Origin: Hemiscyllium ocellatum | Lineage: Eukaryota | Length of the DNA: 64,000 nucleotides | Direction: 5' to 3' | Assembly (NCBI RefSeq): GCF_020745735.1 | Contig: NC_083403.1 | Coordinates: 121,786,526-121,850,525, forward strand | In this document: positions 40,481 through 54,189 of the stretch, piece by piece | Layout of the letters: each line of letters starts with the position of its first letter | Position numbering within the stretch: the first letter of the stretch is position 1 | Made by a program: the position numbers and the translations under genes | Notes under the pieces: model-generated | The model's input: the letters and a program-made list of their open reading frames with translations, nothing else | Database searches by the model: none | Told to the model about the DNA's origin: nothing

Positions 40481-40869
40481 ATGTTCCCTACACGGGGCAC
40501 AAAAGTTCCTCTGGTTTTTGAGGGCTGTCCTTGAGACTTTCTCAGAGGCTGTTTTTTTGATTATGAGGGTTCCTTTTTGATCTCTTACTAACTCATTTAT
40601 TATGTGATATACTCACATTGTGAAAATGCCTTCTGTATTTGTGTTATCATTTGAGGATTTAGGGGGATTAGAAGAATTCATCAAGATCCTCAATAATTAC
40701 CAATAATCCATTAAAATTAAACTATGACAGACAAGGAAAGAATTAATATCTAAGACACCAGAGTATTTAAGTTGGTAGTAGACCATAGGCATGACTTAGC
40801 AACAAAGCCTCTCTTCATTCCACCATTGTTGCTTTATGAACACATATGTCAGGCTATGCTTGCAAACCT

Positions 40870-42360
40870 AATTTTCACAATAATTTTATTTTTATTCATG
40901 GTAATGTGGTGCTGCTGTTTATGCCAGCACTTACTGCCCACACTGACTTCCCTGAAGAAGGTGGTGATGAGCTTCCTTCTCGAATGGTTGGGATATGAGG
41001 ACACCTACAGTGCTGTTAGGATGAGGGTTCCAAGATTTTAACCCAGTGACAATGAAGAAACGGTGAAGTTCCTTCTTAGGATTCTGTGTGCCTCGGAGGG
41101 GAACTTGCAGCTGATGACATTACGGGGTTGGAAGGTGCTTCCTCGGGAGCCTGGGTGGGTTATTGAAGCGCATCTTGTAAATGATACGCGCTGCTGCCTC
41201 AATGTGTCGATGGTGAAGGAAGTGAATGTTGAAGGTGGTGGATGTGAGTGCTGATCAAGTCGGCTGTGTGGACTTGCACTGTTTTAAGCTTTTTGAATCT
41301 TATAAGTGCTGCAATCATACAGGTAAGTAGAGATAATTCCACAACATTCTTGTGCCTTACAGAAAGTGGACAGTGGGAAAACAGGAGACATGTTAATTGC
41401 CACACAATTCCTAGTCTCTGACTTGCTCTTGTAGCCATAATGCATATTTAGCTGGTCCAGTGCAGTTACTGGTCAATGGAACCCTCAGGGTTTTGATAAT
41501 AGGTAATCAATGATAGCAATGCCATTGAACATCAAGAGGCAATAGTTAGATTCTGTTTTCATGGTGATGGTCAGTGACTGGCAATTATGTGATGAGAACA
41601 TTACCCGTCAGTTATTAGCCCAAGCCTGGATGTTGTCCAGGTCTTACTGCACATGGACACAGACTGTTTTAGTATCTGAGACAATGCGATTAGTACTGAA
41701 TGTTGTGCAATCACCACCAAACATTCCCACTTATGACTTTATGATGGAGGCAAGGTTATTGATAAAGCAGCTGAAGGTGGTTGGACCTGATGTCCAGGAG
41801 CTGAGATGCTTGATCTCCAACAACTACACTGTCTTCTTTTGTGCCACATTCAACTCCAATTGGTTGAGAAGTTTCCCTCTGATTACCACTAAATCTAGTT
41901 TTACTCAGGCTCCTTGACGTTACACCCAGAAAAATGTGGCTTTGATAACAAGAGCATTCATTCACACCTCATCTCTGCAGCTCTTTTTGTTCACGTTTGG
42001 GTCAAGACTGCAATGAGGTCAGAAGGTGAACGAGCTTTGCGGAATCAAAACTGAGTGACAGTGAGCAGGTCAATCTTTTGCAAGTGCCACTTACCAGAAT
42101 TGCTGATGACTCAATCAATTAATATTGTTGATGATGTAGCATAGACAGATCGGCCAGGAATTGGCTGTGTCGGATTTGTCCTGCTTTTTCAACACAAGGC
42201 ATTCCTGGGCAATTTTCCACAATGGCAGGCAAATGCCAGTATAGCAGTGGAATAGCTTGGGTAGGTGTGCAGCGAGTTCTGAAGCACAAGTCTTCAGTAC
42301 TATTGCCAGAATGTTGTTCAAGCCCTGTAGCCTCTGCAGTATCCAGTGTTTTCAGCCATA
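40870..42360 (-). mobile_element. Second LINE family (CR1/L2/Jockey group, not HER1), RT to 3' end
   Basis: NILAIVLKTCASELAAHLPKLF..TGI.LPLWKIAQ..VLKKQDKS..ANSWPICL, ATRASQRLGI. Confidence 0.8.
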
Positions 42361-44529
42361 TCATGGGTGTTCAAATTGAAAATGTGGGTGGAACAAATCT
42401 ACAATGTAGATTGAAGTTACCCACAATTATTATGGACCCTTTCTAACATGCCCCATTTATTATTTCTTGTCTGCTCTGACCCACAGTGTAACTGTGCTCC
42501 CATGTGATATCTTGCCTTTCGTATTTTTAATCTCTTTCTTGGTTTTTTGAGACAATCTCATCACTCACTATTGCACTAATGACATCTTTAATTAACAGAG
42601 TTACCCTCCACCATTTTCCTCGCTTCTTATCTTTAACAGGCGAATTCAAGTATAATCAAAACAAACCAAAAAAACAAAGATTGTAAATTTAAACTTCTTC
42701 TTTTACTGTGAGTTTTTTTCTTTTGTTTTCAATCTTATTTTTTCTCGGAGTAGCATCAACCTCAATTAAGTATATGCTTCAATCAACATCAGCCCAAAGC
42801 GTTGTTAATGCCATGAACATTTTTTAAAAAATTAAACTGCTAGAAAGATTTGAAAACACCTTGTAGCCCTCTCCTTCTTTCCCATGTCTCCCCCAGCAGT
42901 GACAAGTGAATGTTACGGAAACAAAACATTTTACTATGCTCCTTTTGATGGGATTGTACAAATATCAACAAATAATTAGCATATATTTTGAAGCAGACCA
43001 CATTGTTTGCAACAGCAAGCACTCTGCTAACCAAAGTATACAGGCCTGGACTTTTGCTTGGAATAGAATAACGAAGCAAACAGTGCTCACTGTTATAACA
43101 GTAAATTGGACAAAAATCTAATTACCTTTGACTTAAAAACATTCAAAGTCTCTGCTTCCATTGCCCTTTGTAAGGAAGAGACTCACGACCTTTGAGAGGG
43201 AAAAGGATTCCTTATCTTGGTTTTAAATGGGTGATGCCTTATTTTTAAACTTCAGGCATCTGCACATGCACCGTTATATCCAGAAATTTGAAGGTTGCTG
43301 TCAAAGATGGCCAGTTAGTCAACAGTGCATGTTACTCAATGCAATGGCATGATATTGGGTATTTGCCCATTGACTTCTGAGTAAACATAGTAGAATTAAA
43401 ATAGGGCTGATACGTTCTGAAGTAAGCAAATTTTTAACATTGTGTTAAAGTGATAATTAGTGGCTTTGAAAATTCTGTTTTACAATTGGGAGTACCATTC
43501 CTTCAGGAGTTAAAGAATGTTTTGGATTTCAAAATTGTATCAAAAACATGTGTTCTCATGTTCATCTAATTCCATCTGCTTTTCCAAACATCATTTTGCT
43601 TTATGTACATCATTTAAATTTAATTTATGACTTCTTTTTTCTAATTAACCTGGATTCTGTGGGTGAGATGTTAACTCCTGCAGAACCTGCTGCCTTGCAC
43701 AGAATTCAGATTGGGGCCTTGGTGACTCAGTGAGAATTCTTAAACTGCCTGATTGAAGAACCTAGGTGTGTTTTGTTTGCTTGTAGATGCCTTGTTGAAG
43801 TATGTTGTGCTGGATCAAATGCTGGATTTGATGAATTTCTGCTCTAAGCCAATACAGACTCTGTTGTTCTTTTGCCATTGACAGCAACAGTCATTCAAAA
43901 ACATCAGAATCATTTACTAAACTTGGAAATTGCAAATTTTCCATTACTAAGATAAAGCATGGTGAATTACCAGGATAATTCATCTTCTGGACTTAGACTT
44001 ACTCAAATATGTTAAACTAAAAAACTCTGGCCTAGAAACTGCCACATATGCCTAATGCTGCCGCACAGAATTTATTCGCTAGCCTAATTTATTTCCATGA
44101 ACCATGGGTATTTTACACATTGTTTGCATACCCCAAGGACAAAGACCAGCCTGGTACGATGTTAGCTGAGGTAGTAAGCAGTGCTGAGGATGAAACAGGG
44201 AGGATCGAGTGATTGGTATCTTTGAGTTCCTCAATGAGAGATGTAAAATAAATACTTTAGGGAGGCAACTTCCAGTGATACCTTCACAGCACCTTGTTCA
44301 GCCACTAACTGACTGACGATTCTGATGGCATCATGTATGATTCATGTTGCAGTTAGTTGGTAATGAACTTCGGAAAGGAGATAAATCACTGCTTGGATAC
44401 GTAAATTGCCAAATGCCTGCATCTCTAAGTATGAGCCTTTACAATGTTTGCATAATGTTAAATTCCAAAACTTTCAGTGGATACCACAGGCAACAGTGCA
44501 GGAACACAAAGAGAAGACAACGCAAGGTA

Positions 44530-44625
44530 CAGAATCAAAATGTGTGGCACTGGAAAAGCACAGGAGGTCAGGCAGCATCCTGAAGAGCAGGACAGTCAAC
44601 GTTTCAAGCATCAACCCTCCATTAA
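44530..44625 (-). mobile_element. Decayed single-arm family B Penelope end
   Basis: ctggaaaagcacaggaggtcaggcagcatcc...gtcaacgtttcaagcatcaaccctccatta; ribozyme core destroyed. Confidence 0.7.
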
Positions 44626-44879
44626 GATTTCAAGTGACATTCTGGCTACCGTTAGAGGTGCACATACAGAGGAGATGGCAGTGGAGAGGCATTGGGGATG
44701 ATGGTGTGGCTGAATTTGTCACAACTGCAGACAGATCAAGAAGAGACTCTGTACTCAGACCATTAAAATGCTTGACTCATTTGCACATGGAGTCGTGGAG
44801 GCAAGTAACATTTATAGGGAAGCTAATTAAACATATGATGGAGAAAGGAATACAAGGTTATGTCTGAATATATCAATTA

Positions 44880-46120
44880 AGAGCACTCAGTCCCTTGAGT
44901 GCTCAGCTATTCAATAAGATTGTAGCCAATCTAGTTACTCTACATCCCCGGCAATCCATGATTATCTTTCAGTCCCTCACTTATCAAAAACCTAATTACC
45001 TCTGACTTAAAAACATTCAAAGTCTCTGCCTCCATTACCTTTTTTAAGGAAGAGACTCAAGATCTTTAAAAGGAAAAAAAAAATCCTTATCTTGGTTTTA
45101 AATGGTTGATTCCTTAGTCTTAACCAGTGCCCTCCAGTTCGAGATTGTCTTGCAAGAAGAAACATCTTTGTCTCATTCACGATGTCAAGAACCCAAAGAA
45201 TGCTGTATGTTTCAAATCAAGTTCTCTCTTCGCCTTCTAAAGTCCAGTGAAATAAGCCCATACTGTCCAATTTACTCATAAAACAACCACCCCATTCCAG
45301 ATATTAAAATAACAAACTTTTTCTGAACTGCTTTCAACATATTTATATCCCACCTTAAATAAAGAGACCATTACAATACACAATGCTCACAAATGCCCTG
45401 TATAGCTACCGTATAACCTTCCTACTTTTGCATTCAGTTGCAATAAATAATAACATACTATTAGCTTTCCAAATGATTTGCTGTATATGCATGCTAATCT
45501 TTTGCAGTTCATGTACTAGGACAGTCAGATCTAGCTTGTCTAGCCTTTCCTCATAAGACAATTCATTCACTCCAGATAGTAGCTTTGTAAACCTTCTCTG
45601 AATGCATTTATAACCTTCTCCAAGTATGGTGACCAATGCTTTACACAGTATTCCAGATGCAGTCTCACCAATGCCCTGTATAACTGAAGTATAACCTCCC
45701 TACTCCTGCATTCAATTCTCCTTGCAAAAACATTTTCTTATGTTTCCTGATTACCTGCTGTACCTGCCTACTAACCATCTGCAATTCATGCACCAGGACA
45801 CCAGATCTCTCTCCATCTCAGATCTCTGCAATTTATCTCTGCTTAATTAATATATTTCTTTTTTAATGTTTCCTGCCAATTTGGACAATTTCACATTTTC
45901 CCACATTACATTCCATTTGCCAGATACTTGCCCACTCACTTAACCTACCTATAGCCTTTTGTAGATTTCTTACATCCTCCTACTTGTCGCTGTGTCAACA
46001 GTAAATTTAGCAATCATACATTTGGTCCCTTCAGCCAAGACATTGATTTAAATTGTAAAAAGTTGTGGACTCACATTGATCCCTGTAGCATACCATTCAT
46101 TATAGCTTTCCAACCAGAAA
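44880..46120 (-). mobile_element. Two overlapping CR1 3' fragments
   Basis: IQRRFTKLLSGVNELSYEERLDKL; the same consensus interval appears twice (~45260-45530 and ~45530-45810). Confidence 0.75.
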
Positions 46121-47154
46121 TGGTGATCGAGAATGAAGTAAGTTGACTGTCCTAGTAATATGAGACCAAGATAGATCTATTGGAATGACTAGTTTATTTC
46201 TGTGTTGGAAAAATTAAGGGTTAATTTGCAATTTCTTGCTATCCATTTCCAGGTGAGGACATTTAAGCAGGTACAATGATGGCCTTCTTGAATCATGGTG
46301 GGAAATTCAAAACCTGTGGGATCTGGGCTGGGATCTGTGAGCTTGTCCTCATAGATTCACTGGATAGTAATCAGGAATAGAAACCTTGCTGATTTTCTCT
46401 TTATTAGTCAACTGTAGTGCCTTTAATATATTGGAATGAAGTAAAGATGTTCACTCAACAGCAGAAAATGCAATATTGATGGTGCAACGAAACAACCTTT
46501 TAGATTGACAAGACGTGTTTGCAAGTTAAAATGAACTGCTGAATATGAAGTTCTTTAACACTATCATAAATCAAATTGTTTTGTTCATAATCAATCAATG
46601 TCAGATTATTTGATTATTTCCTGAACTGAATAAAAACTGGAACATAACTAATTTTCTTTACACTTGTCCATACTAGGATCATCATCACAACAGCTACTTG
46701 GGAAACCAATTTGAGGTCAGAGCTTGGAATTTCATTCCTGAATTAGGAAAGGCAGAGCAGAAAATTCCCCTGCTCTCAGTGGCTTCCTTGAAACAAACTC
46801 CACCCCCCCCCCCCTCCCCCCCCAACCACCCCCGCCAAGTGTCAAGATTGTTTCTTTGAACTGGAGTGAGAGTGTTGCAAATTGCAGTACTAAACACTAG
46901 AGGTAGCATGTGGTCACCAATCCTCCTTTATGTGCTGCACCTAAGGGACTTTTTAATTAGCAGTGGCAGAGGTTAAAGCACTATGGAGGTCTTAACCAGA
47001 AGACAAGATGTAGTTTATTGCATGACAGCAATAGGTACAAGTTACACTGTCCAGTCAGACATCATTACACAGAGTGTCAGGGTCAGGGGAGGCTGTCTGT
47101 CTCCATTGGGACGATACACTGACTCTTCTTCAGCCAAAGACTGTATGACATCAT

Positions 47155-48090
47155 AAAGTCATAGAGTCATAGAGTCATATAGCATGGAAATAGACCCTTT
47201 GGTCTAACCACTCCATGTCAACCATAATTCCCAACTAAACTACTCCCACCTGCCTGTTCTTGCCCATATCCATCCAAATATTTCTTATTCATGAACTTAT
47301 CCAAATGTCTTTTAAACATAATCTCATCCACCACTTCCTCTGGAAGTTCATTCCGCACACAAACCACTCTCTGTATAAAAATATTGCCCCTTATGTTTTT
47401 TAAAAAATCTTTCTCCTTTCGTCTTAAAAATATGCCCCTTAGTCTTGAAATCCCCCACCAGAAGCAGAAGATACCTGCCATTTACCTTATCATGATGATA
47501 AAACTTCTTTCTCATACGCTCCAGTAAAAAGAGTCCCAAACTGTCCAGCCTCTCTCTATAACTCAAACCTTCCATTCCCAGCAACACCCTGGAAAATCTT
47601 TTCTGAACCCCCTCCAGCTTAATAATATCTTTCCTAAAATAAGGCAACCAGAATTGGACACAATATACCAGAAGAGGCCTCACTAACATCCTGTAAAACC
47701 TCAGCATGACTTCCCAACTCCTAAATCTCAAAGGTCTGAGCAATGAAGCATGCTAAACGCTTTCTTAACCACCTGTGTACATGTGACACAAACTTGATTT
47801 ATGTTATGTACCTGGACCCCTAGGCTTCTCTGTTCTACAATACTATCCAAGGCTTTACTTTTAAATGTATAGGTCCTACCCTTGTTTGCTTTGCTAAAAC
47901 ACAAAACCTCACATTTATGCAAATTAAACTGCATCTGCCACTTCTCAGTCCATTGACCCAATCAATCAAGATCTCTTTGTAATCTGAGATAACCTTCTTC
48001 ACTGTCTACTATACCACTAACTTTAGTGTCATCCACAAACTTACTAACCACACCTTCTATAATCTCATCTAAATCATTTATATAAATGCT
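47155..48090 (-). mobile_element. CR1/HER1 3' portion
   Basis: WQMQFNLHKCEVL, LVRPLLVYCVQFWLP, (atgactct)n tail. Confidence 0.9.
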
Positions 48091-48904
48091 CTTTCAGAGC
48101 AATTACCTTATATTACAAGGAGGTGGGGGGAGGTGTAGGTGAGAGATGGATTTTGGACTCCACCCAGGATTCAAATTGAAGAAGCCATGTGAACATTGAC
48201 CAATCAGGGTGACTGATTGAAAGGTTCACTTTGGTTCTCTTTGTCTTTATCCTAGTTACATTGTTAAATAATATGCCCACTAGCACTCCCTGCCCTTACA
48301 TCTGCTCACCAACTCCCTCACAAGCTAACTCGTGCTGTGACCAGCCCCAAAGGAACCTCATACTTTCCATGCAGAACAGTGCCTTCCACCCATCTTAAAA
48401 AAAACTCTGAACAGTTATTATAGATTACACTAAATGTTTAAAAAACCTTCCATTTATAAAAAGTCCATTCAAAATAATAAAAAAAACTCGAGTATTTATT
48501 TCCTTATGAGAAAAAGACTTCATAAGCTTTCATCAAAGGCTGACAATCCTCTCAGAACAACTTTAAGTTGCACTCAAATTATGAACTTTTATCCAGAGAT
48601 AATGGTAGGTTGTAGAAAATTGCCAAGTATTAATAATGCCACCATGATTATCTTAGGATAATGACAGCAAACAGCTAGACCAGACTTTTTCCAATTTTAA
48701 CACAGGCAATTTCTTTTTAAATTTTTAAAGGTCTGAAGATGTAAATAATTTCACAGATTGAGGTTTTTTTAAAAAATAAACTGCTTACTTTGTAAAATAA
48801 ACTGCCTGCATCATTGAGATTTTTTAAAATTTAAAGGGACATACAATTTAAATAGCTTCCCAGCTTGACAATTCCACAAGCAGTATCTGCCCTTCTTGAA
48901 CTAC

Positions 48905-49474
48905 TGAAGATCTGGTCTCCCGAGAGGGGCCTCTCGGTTCTGCGATAGGTCAAATAAATACGGGCAGCACAGTCTGATTTCAGCAAGATTTAACAATTTA
49001 TTACGACGCCAGGTATAAGTTGTCCAGCAATACAGCTGCCCACAATCTTAAAACACAGACAACTTTCATAGGTCCCTTAACAAACAGAAGAGCCTTAATT
49101 GCAAAATTAATCCAATGAAATGTAATGATATGACAAATAGACAAAAAAAATTAAGCCAATGATATTTCCTGGGAATTGACTTTTTTTTTTGCTTCTTTAT
49201 CTCCAGGACACCTGGTTTCCAAGGTCAATTAGGATACTTTAATAATATCATATCTTACTTAGTTAATTCATACTATGAACAGGGCATTGTTTACTAATCT
49301 CTTTCAATAAGATCAGGAATGCAGTTTTCAGCAGAGTTAGATGCCATTGCTCCTAGAAGCTATTTTGTTATGTTATTTTATGTTACTTGCATTAAGTAGC
49401 CATTTTGTAGTTAGTAAAAACATGCATGAAATGGTTGCTCCTGACAACAGCTAAATCCATATTTTAGATTCTCA
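48905..49474 (-). mobile_element. Putative ERV-like solo LTR (570 bp)
   Basis: TGA...TCA termini; flanks CTAC (48901-48904) and CTAT (49475-49478); minus-strand AATAAA near 49000 followed by a CpG-retaining U5-like end. Confidence 0.55.
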
Positions 49475-50149
49475 CTATATCTACTTTAAAATGTCTAGCT
49501 CCCTCATTGCAGGTTGAAATCCTTGGTGAAAATGGGATCAATAGCACAGAATTCAAATGAATTCAGGTTTCCTTTATGTGTGAATCATACTCTGCCTATT
49601 TTTCCCTACTCAAAAAAGTGGAATATGTTGGAAATGGGGTTAGGACTTCTGAATCGAGGTGCTGCCTACCACTTTTCAAATGATGATTTTGTAACTCTGC
49701 AAAATATGAGCTCATAATTAGTTGAGCCTCATGCATTTTGTTTCCTTCTGCTCAAAATAAACATCATATTAAATTTAAGCAAATATTCTTTGCCTATTTA
49801 ATTCCTTTTTGAAAAAAAATGTAAATTTAATTTCCTGCAATTTCTCCCTCTACATAACACCGTTACATCCTTGGCCATTACTTGACCAGTTAGGTGTAAA
49901 GCCATAGGGCAATGGGCCAAGTGCTGGCAAGTGGGACGACATTAGGTTGGGATATCTGGTTGGCATGAACAAATTGGACTAAAAGGTCTGTTTTCATGCT
50001 GTACATCTCTATGACTCTATGATTGTAGCTAAGCCATGGTTAAGCAAGGCTTGTGCCAGTAAGACTGCTAAAATGTTACAAAGTGAACTACAACCGAAGT
50101 TATTAGCTTTCTATCCATTTCAGTTAGAATAGATAAATCACAACTGGGA

Positions 50150-51445
50150 CAAAATTGGCTTTGGGGTAGGAGATAGAAGGTAGCGGTGGTGGCTTGCTTG
50201 TCAGAATAGAGGCCTGTGACCAATGGTGTTCCTCAGGGATTGATATTGGTCCATTTTTGTTTGTCATTTATATAAATAATTCAGATGAGACTATAGGAAG
50301 CATGATTAGTCGGTTTGCAGATGACACTAAAGTTGATGGTATAGTGGGCAGTGAAGAAGATTATCTAAGATTACAAACAGATCTTGATCATTTGGGTCAA
50401 TGGGCTGAGGAGTGGCAGATGGAGTTTAATTTGGATAAATGTGAGGTGCTGCATTTTGGTAATACAAATAAGGGCAGGACTTAAATGATTAATGGTAGGA
50501 CCTTGGGTATTGGAGAACAGAGACCGAGGAGTTCAGGTGCATGATTCTTTGAAATTTGCATCACAGGTAAACAGGATGGTTAAGAAGGCATTGAGCATAC
50601 TTGCTTCATTGCTCAGACCTTGGAATATTGGGACAGGGGCATCATGTTGAAGTTGTACAGTACATTGATGAGGCCTCTTCTGAAGTACTGTGTGCAGTTC
50701 TGGTGGCCCTGTTATCGGAGGGCTATTATTAAACGGGAGAAGGCTCAGAAAATATTTACCAGGATGTTGCTGGGAATGGAGAGTTTGAGATATTAAAGAT
50801 AGACTGGAAAGACTGGGACTTTTTTCACTAAAGCGCAGGAGGTTGAGGATGACTTTATTGAAGAAAGTGAGGACTGCAGATGCTGGAGATCAGAGCTGAA
50901 AATGTGTTGCTGGAAAAGCGCAGCAGGTCAGGCAGCATCCAAGGAGCAGAAGAATCGACGTTTCGGGCATGAGCCTGAAGAAGGGCTCATTCCTGAAGAA
51001 GGGCTCATGCCTGAAACGTCGATTCTCCTGTTCCTTGGATGCTGCCTGACCTGCTGCGCTTTTCTAGCATCGCATTTTCAGCAGTGACCTTATTGAGGTT
51101 AGTGAAATCATGTGGGACATTAATAAGGCAAATAACAAGGTTCTTTTCCCTAGGGTGGGGGAGTTCAAAACTAGGTGGCACATTTTTAAAGTGAGAGGAC
51201 AAAGATTTGAAAAGGACAATGGGCAACTTCATGCGATTTGTGTGTGTGGAGTAAACTGCCAGAAGAAATGTTGCAGGTAGTTAGAATATTTAAATGATGT
51301 TTGTATAAGTTCTTGAATAGGAAAGGTTTGGAGGGATATGGGCCAAGAGAAGGCTGGTGGGACAAGTTTAGTTTGGGGACATGGCTGGTGTACATTGGTT
51401 GGACTGAAGTGTCTGTTTCCATGATGCATGATGCTATGACTCTGT
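50150..51445 (+). mobile_element. CR1/HER1 3' portion
   Basis: LFVIYINN..ISRFADDTKV, WQMEFNLDKCEVLHFG; interrupted at GDLIE by the hairpin element. Confidence 0.92.
50862..51084. mobile_element. Fold-back family B insertion, 12-bp TSD (1 mismatch), interrupting CR1 ORF2 in a MYT1L intron
   Basis: TGACTTTATTGA 50850-50861 and TGACCTTATTGA 51085-51096. Centre has duplicated CCTGAAGAAGGGCTCAT; plus-strand hammerhead at 50989-51024. Confidence 0.9.
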
Positions 51446-54189
51446 GGTCATTAGCAGTGGTGCAAAATGGACTTGCAGCAAATGGAAGATTCCTTTAACA
51501 CCAGTGCCCAGTTCCTCCTCAATGACATCCATAATAGTCACTAGACATCAAAAATAGACTTTAGAATGAAGTACTTTGAGATACCTTAGGGTTATCAGGG
51601 ATGGTTTATACATATATATAGATGGGTAGAAATGAGAATCAAAACAATAATAAGTTATGAGTTGCTCTCATAACCCATTGATAAAAATCATTACAACTTT
51701 AAAGCAATGCTTAAATCTATTATATTTAAAACGATTCCTGGGTAATTTTGTTCAGGATTGCAATTATTTTCCACGTGTGTATTAACCACATGCTCTACAT
51801 ATTGAGACAAAGTCGGTCTACAGAATTGAAAAGTCATTTGTATGGGAAGCAAAGTAGAGAAACTTTGAGAAAATTAAGTTATTAACCAGAATGTAATAAG
51901 AATCATGACAATTCCACCACAGTTTAGGAGAATTAGGACCACACCAGCACATATTTTTGTCATGTTGTTACAATTAATACTAACACTACATAAGTATTAA
52001 ATTTCTAAATTCATGCCATGTTCCTATTTCAATGCTCTGTTCCACCCTATTCTCTTTTCGATGCCCTAAACACAATTTTGTATTTCTTCGGGCAGCCTTA
52101 TAAGCCTGTAACAAACCATCAAATGTGTATGAGAGAAACCTGCAGGAAATTATTTGACCTCTGATTCCCTTCCTCTACCGCCCACTGTACAGAAAAATCA
52201 AATTCTCCTTCAAACCAATACAAATGCTCATGACAAGCTCAGAGCTTAACGTAGATGGGAGAGGGTGTGGGAGAAAAAAATTGAATATCTGCACCTTTCT
52301 CATATATCACAACTCATTAAAATGACAACAGTTTTACCATTGTTGTTATTGCATGATTTAATATATTGCTTATGCAGAGTTTACAGGCTTCAAAACTGCA
52401 AGAGCCAGACATGAGATTTAAGAAGGTGCAAAATCTGTTACACCTCTTTTGGCAAGTTATAAGCCAGTCTGGATTTTCATTTCCAAACCAGAAGCACAGG
52501 AAAATTTGGGAAAATTGCTAGTTCTGCAAATCTGACCTGTGTAAAAGGGTCTCTGATATTTCAATTTTTATTTTCTTGGTGGTAGGGATGAGTTTAGGAG
52601 TAATGTTCCCTGTGATTTTGTTTCGCAGTGCATAGACCTTCAAATTTCATGGACATCAGTGGCTTCCATAAGTGTAAGCTAACGAGCCAGTTCAGATCTT
52701 CTCAGTGGCATTGCACTGAGAGCAAATGTTGGTTGGGAGAGAGAGAAAGTGCTAGGGAGTTTGATCAGTTAACATTGCAAATATAAAAAAAACTAATAAA
52801 TGTGGATTCTGGAAATCTGAAACAAAACCAGAAGGAATGTGAGAAACTTGGCAGCATCTGAAGAAGGGCCACTGGACCCGAATGGCTAACTCCGCTTTCT
52901 CTCCAGGAATTTTTGTTGTTGCAACCCTATAAAGAGCTTGGAGGCAGCCACACAGAGCTTGTCCGGTTCACTGAAGGCCTATGAAAAAGGAGTGCCTCAA
53001 TGATCCAGGACTTTTACCTGGCTGCAAAATAAAGACAACAAAAACAAATCGCAGGCCTTGAGCTCTTGCCCCACCATACACACCTCATGCACCATCCTTG
53101 TCAACCTACGTCAGTTCCTGCCTCTACCCTTCTCCCGCCCCCCCCCTCCCCCATAGGGCCTCATATCCTGCAAGTCAAACAATGCAACACTTACCCACAC
53201 CCAATGACCATTCAGAATCTCTATCGCAAGTTAATGTCAACTCATTTGCCTTTTATGTTCCATACCAACTCATTTAGTGCCCATCATGTGTACACCGCTG
53301 GACCCATGTTGAGATGAAATTTGATAAATTTCTAAGTGTCTATTGCTTAATTCACTGTGTTAAAAACACTCTCATTGATGAAAATCATTAGCCATACTTT
53401 TCTTCTTTCAACTATTTAATCCATTTAAAAAAAGAACTTGCTTTCATTTTTCCACTTGAACAACTCTAGAAAGACTTGAAGCTGTCAATCAAAACTGACA
53501 GGTACCGCACTGTGATAATCATGGGTTATGAAATGATTTATAGAGCACCGATCCATTAAATTTAGCCCTGAGGTCCATGTGAACAGATGCAATGAAATAG
53601 AAAGCATTGATATGTTTAACACTGCAGATGGTGTTTTCTTTCATTTCAAGGCCAGATGTTCAAATGCCATGACAGCTTGACAGTATCCTCGACAGCCCCA
53701 ATGATAGCTTGCTTGAAAGTTCTAATGAGTTTGTCCACTTTTTACGTACATACCCGCCTACTTTTCACAATCATAGGGTACCTAGCACCTCTCCCAATGG
53801 ACACTTTCCCTTTCCAGATCCCATGTGACCCCTCCCATGTGACCATATCCAAAACAGTACCTTACCTCCCCAAAAGACACCATACCTTTTTGGAGAACTT
53901 TGCAAACTTTACACCATCTCCTGAGAGGTCAAAAGAGCACACGTTGTGTTTTGCATATCCCATTCATGAAAGTTGGACCTGACTAAAGGCAACTATACTT
54001 TAACATGTGCAATTGTCTCTGTGATCCACAGATATGCAAAATGCAATCCACCCCCACTCAACTCCTTATAGCCTGCAAAAATGGTAGGGTCAGTAAGGTC
54101 AGGCCCATGGCATCATTTAGAGTTAGAGAACATTTCTGTCTCTTCAAAATATTCAGGCTTTAGTCATTTTATATCTTGTAGTTTTTTTT

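Noticed and set aside
44344-44867. 153-aa plus-strand ORF
   Set aside because: Runs across a Penelope end and CR1 debris; a chance open frame.
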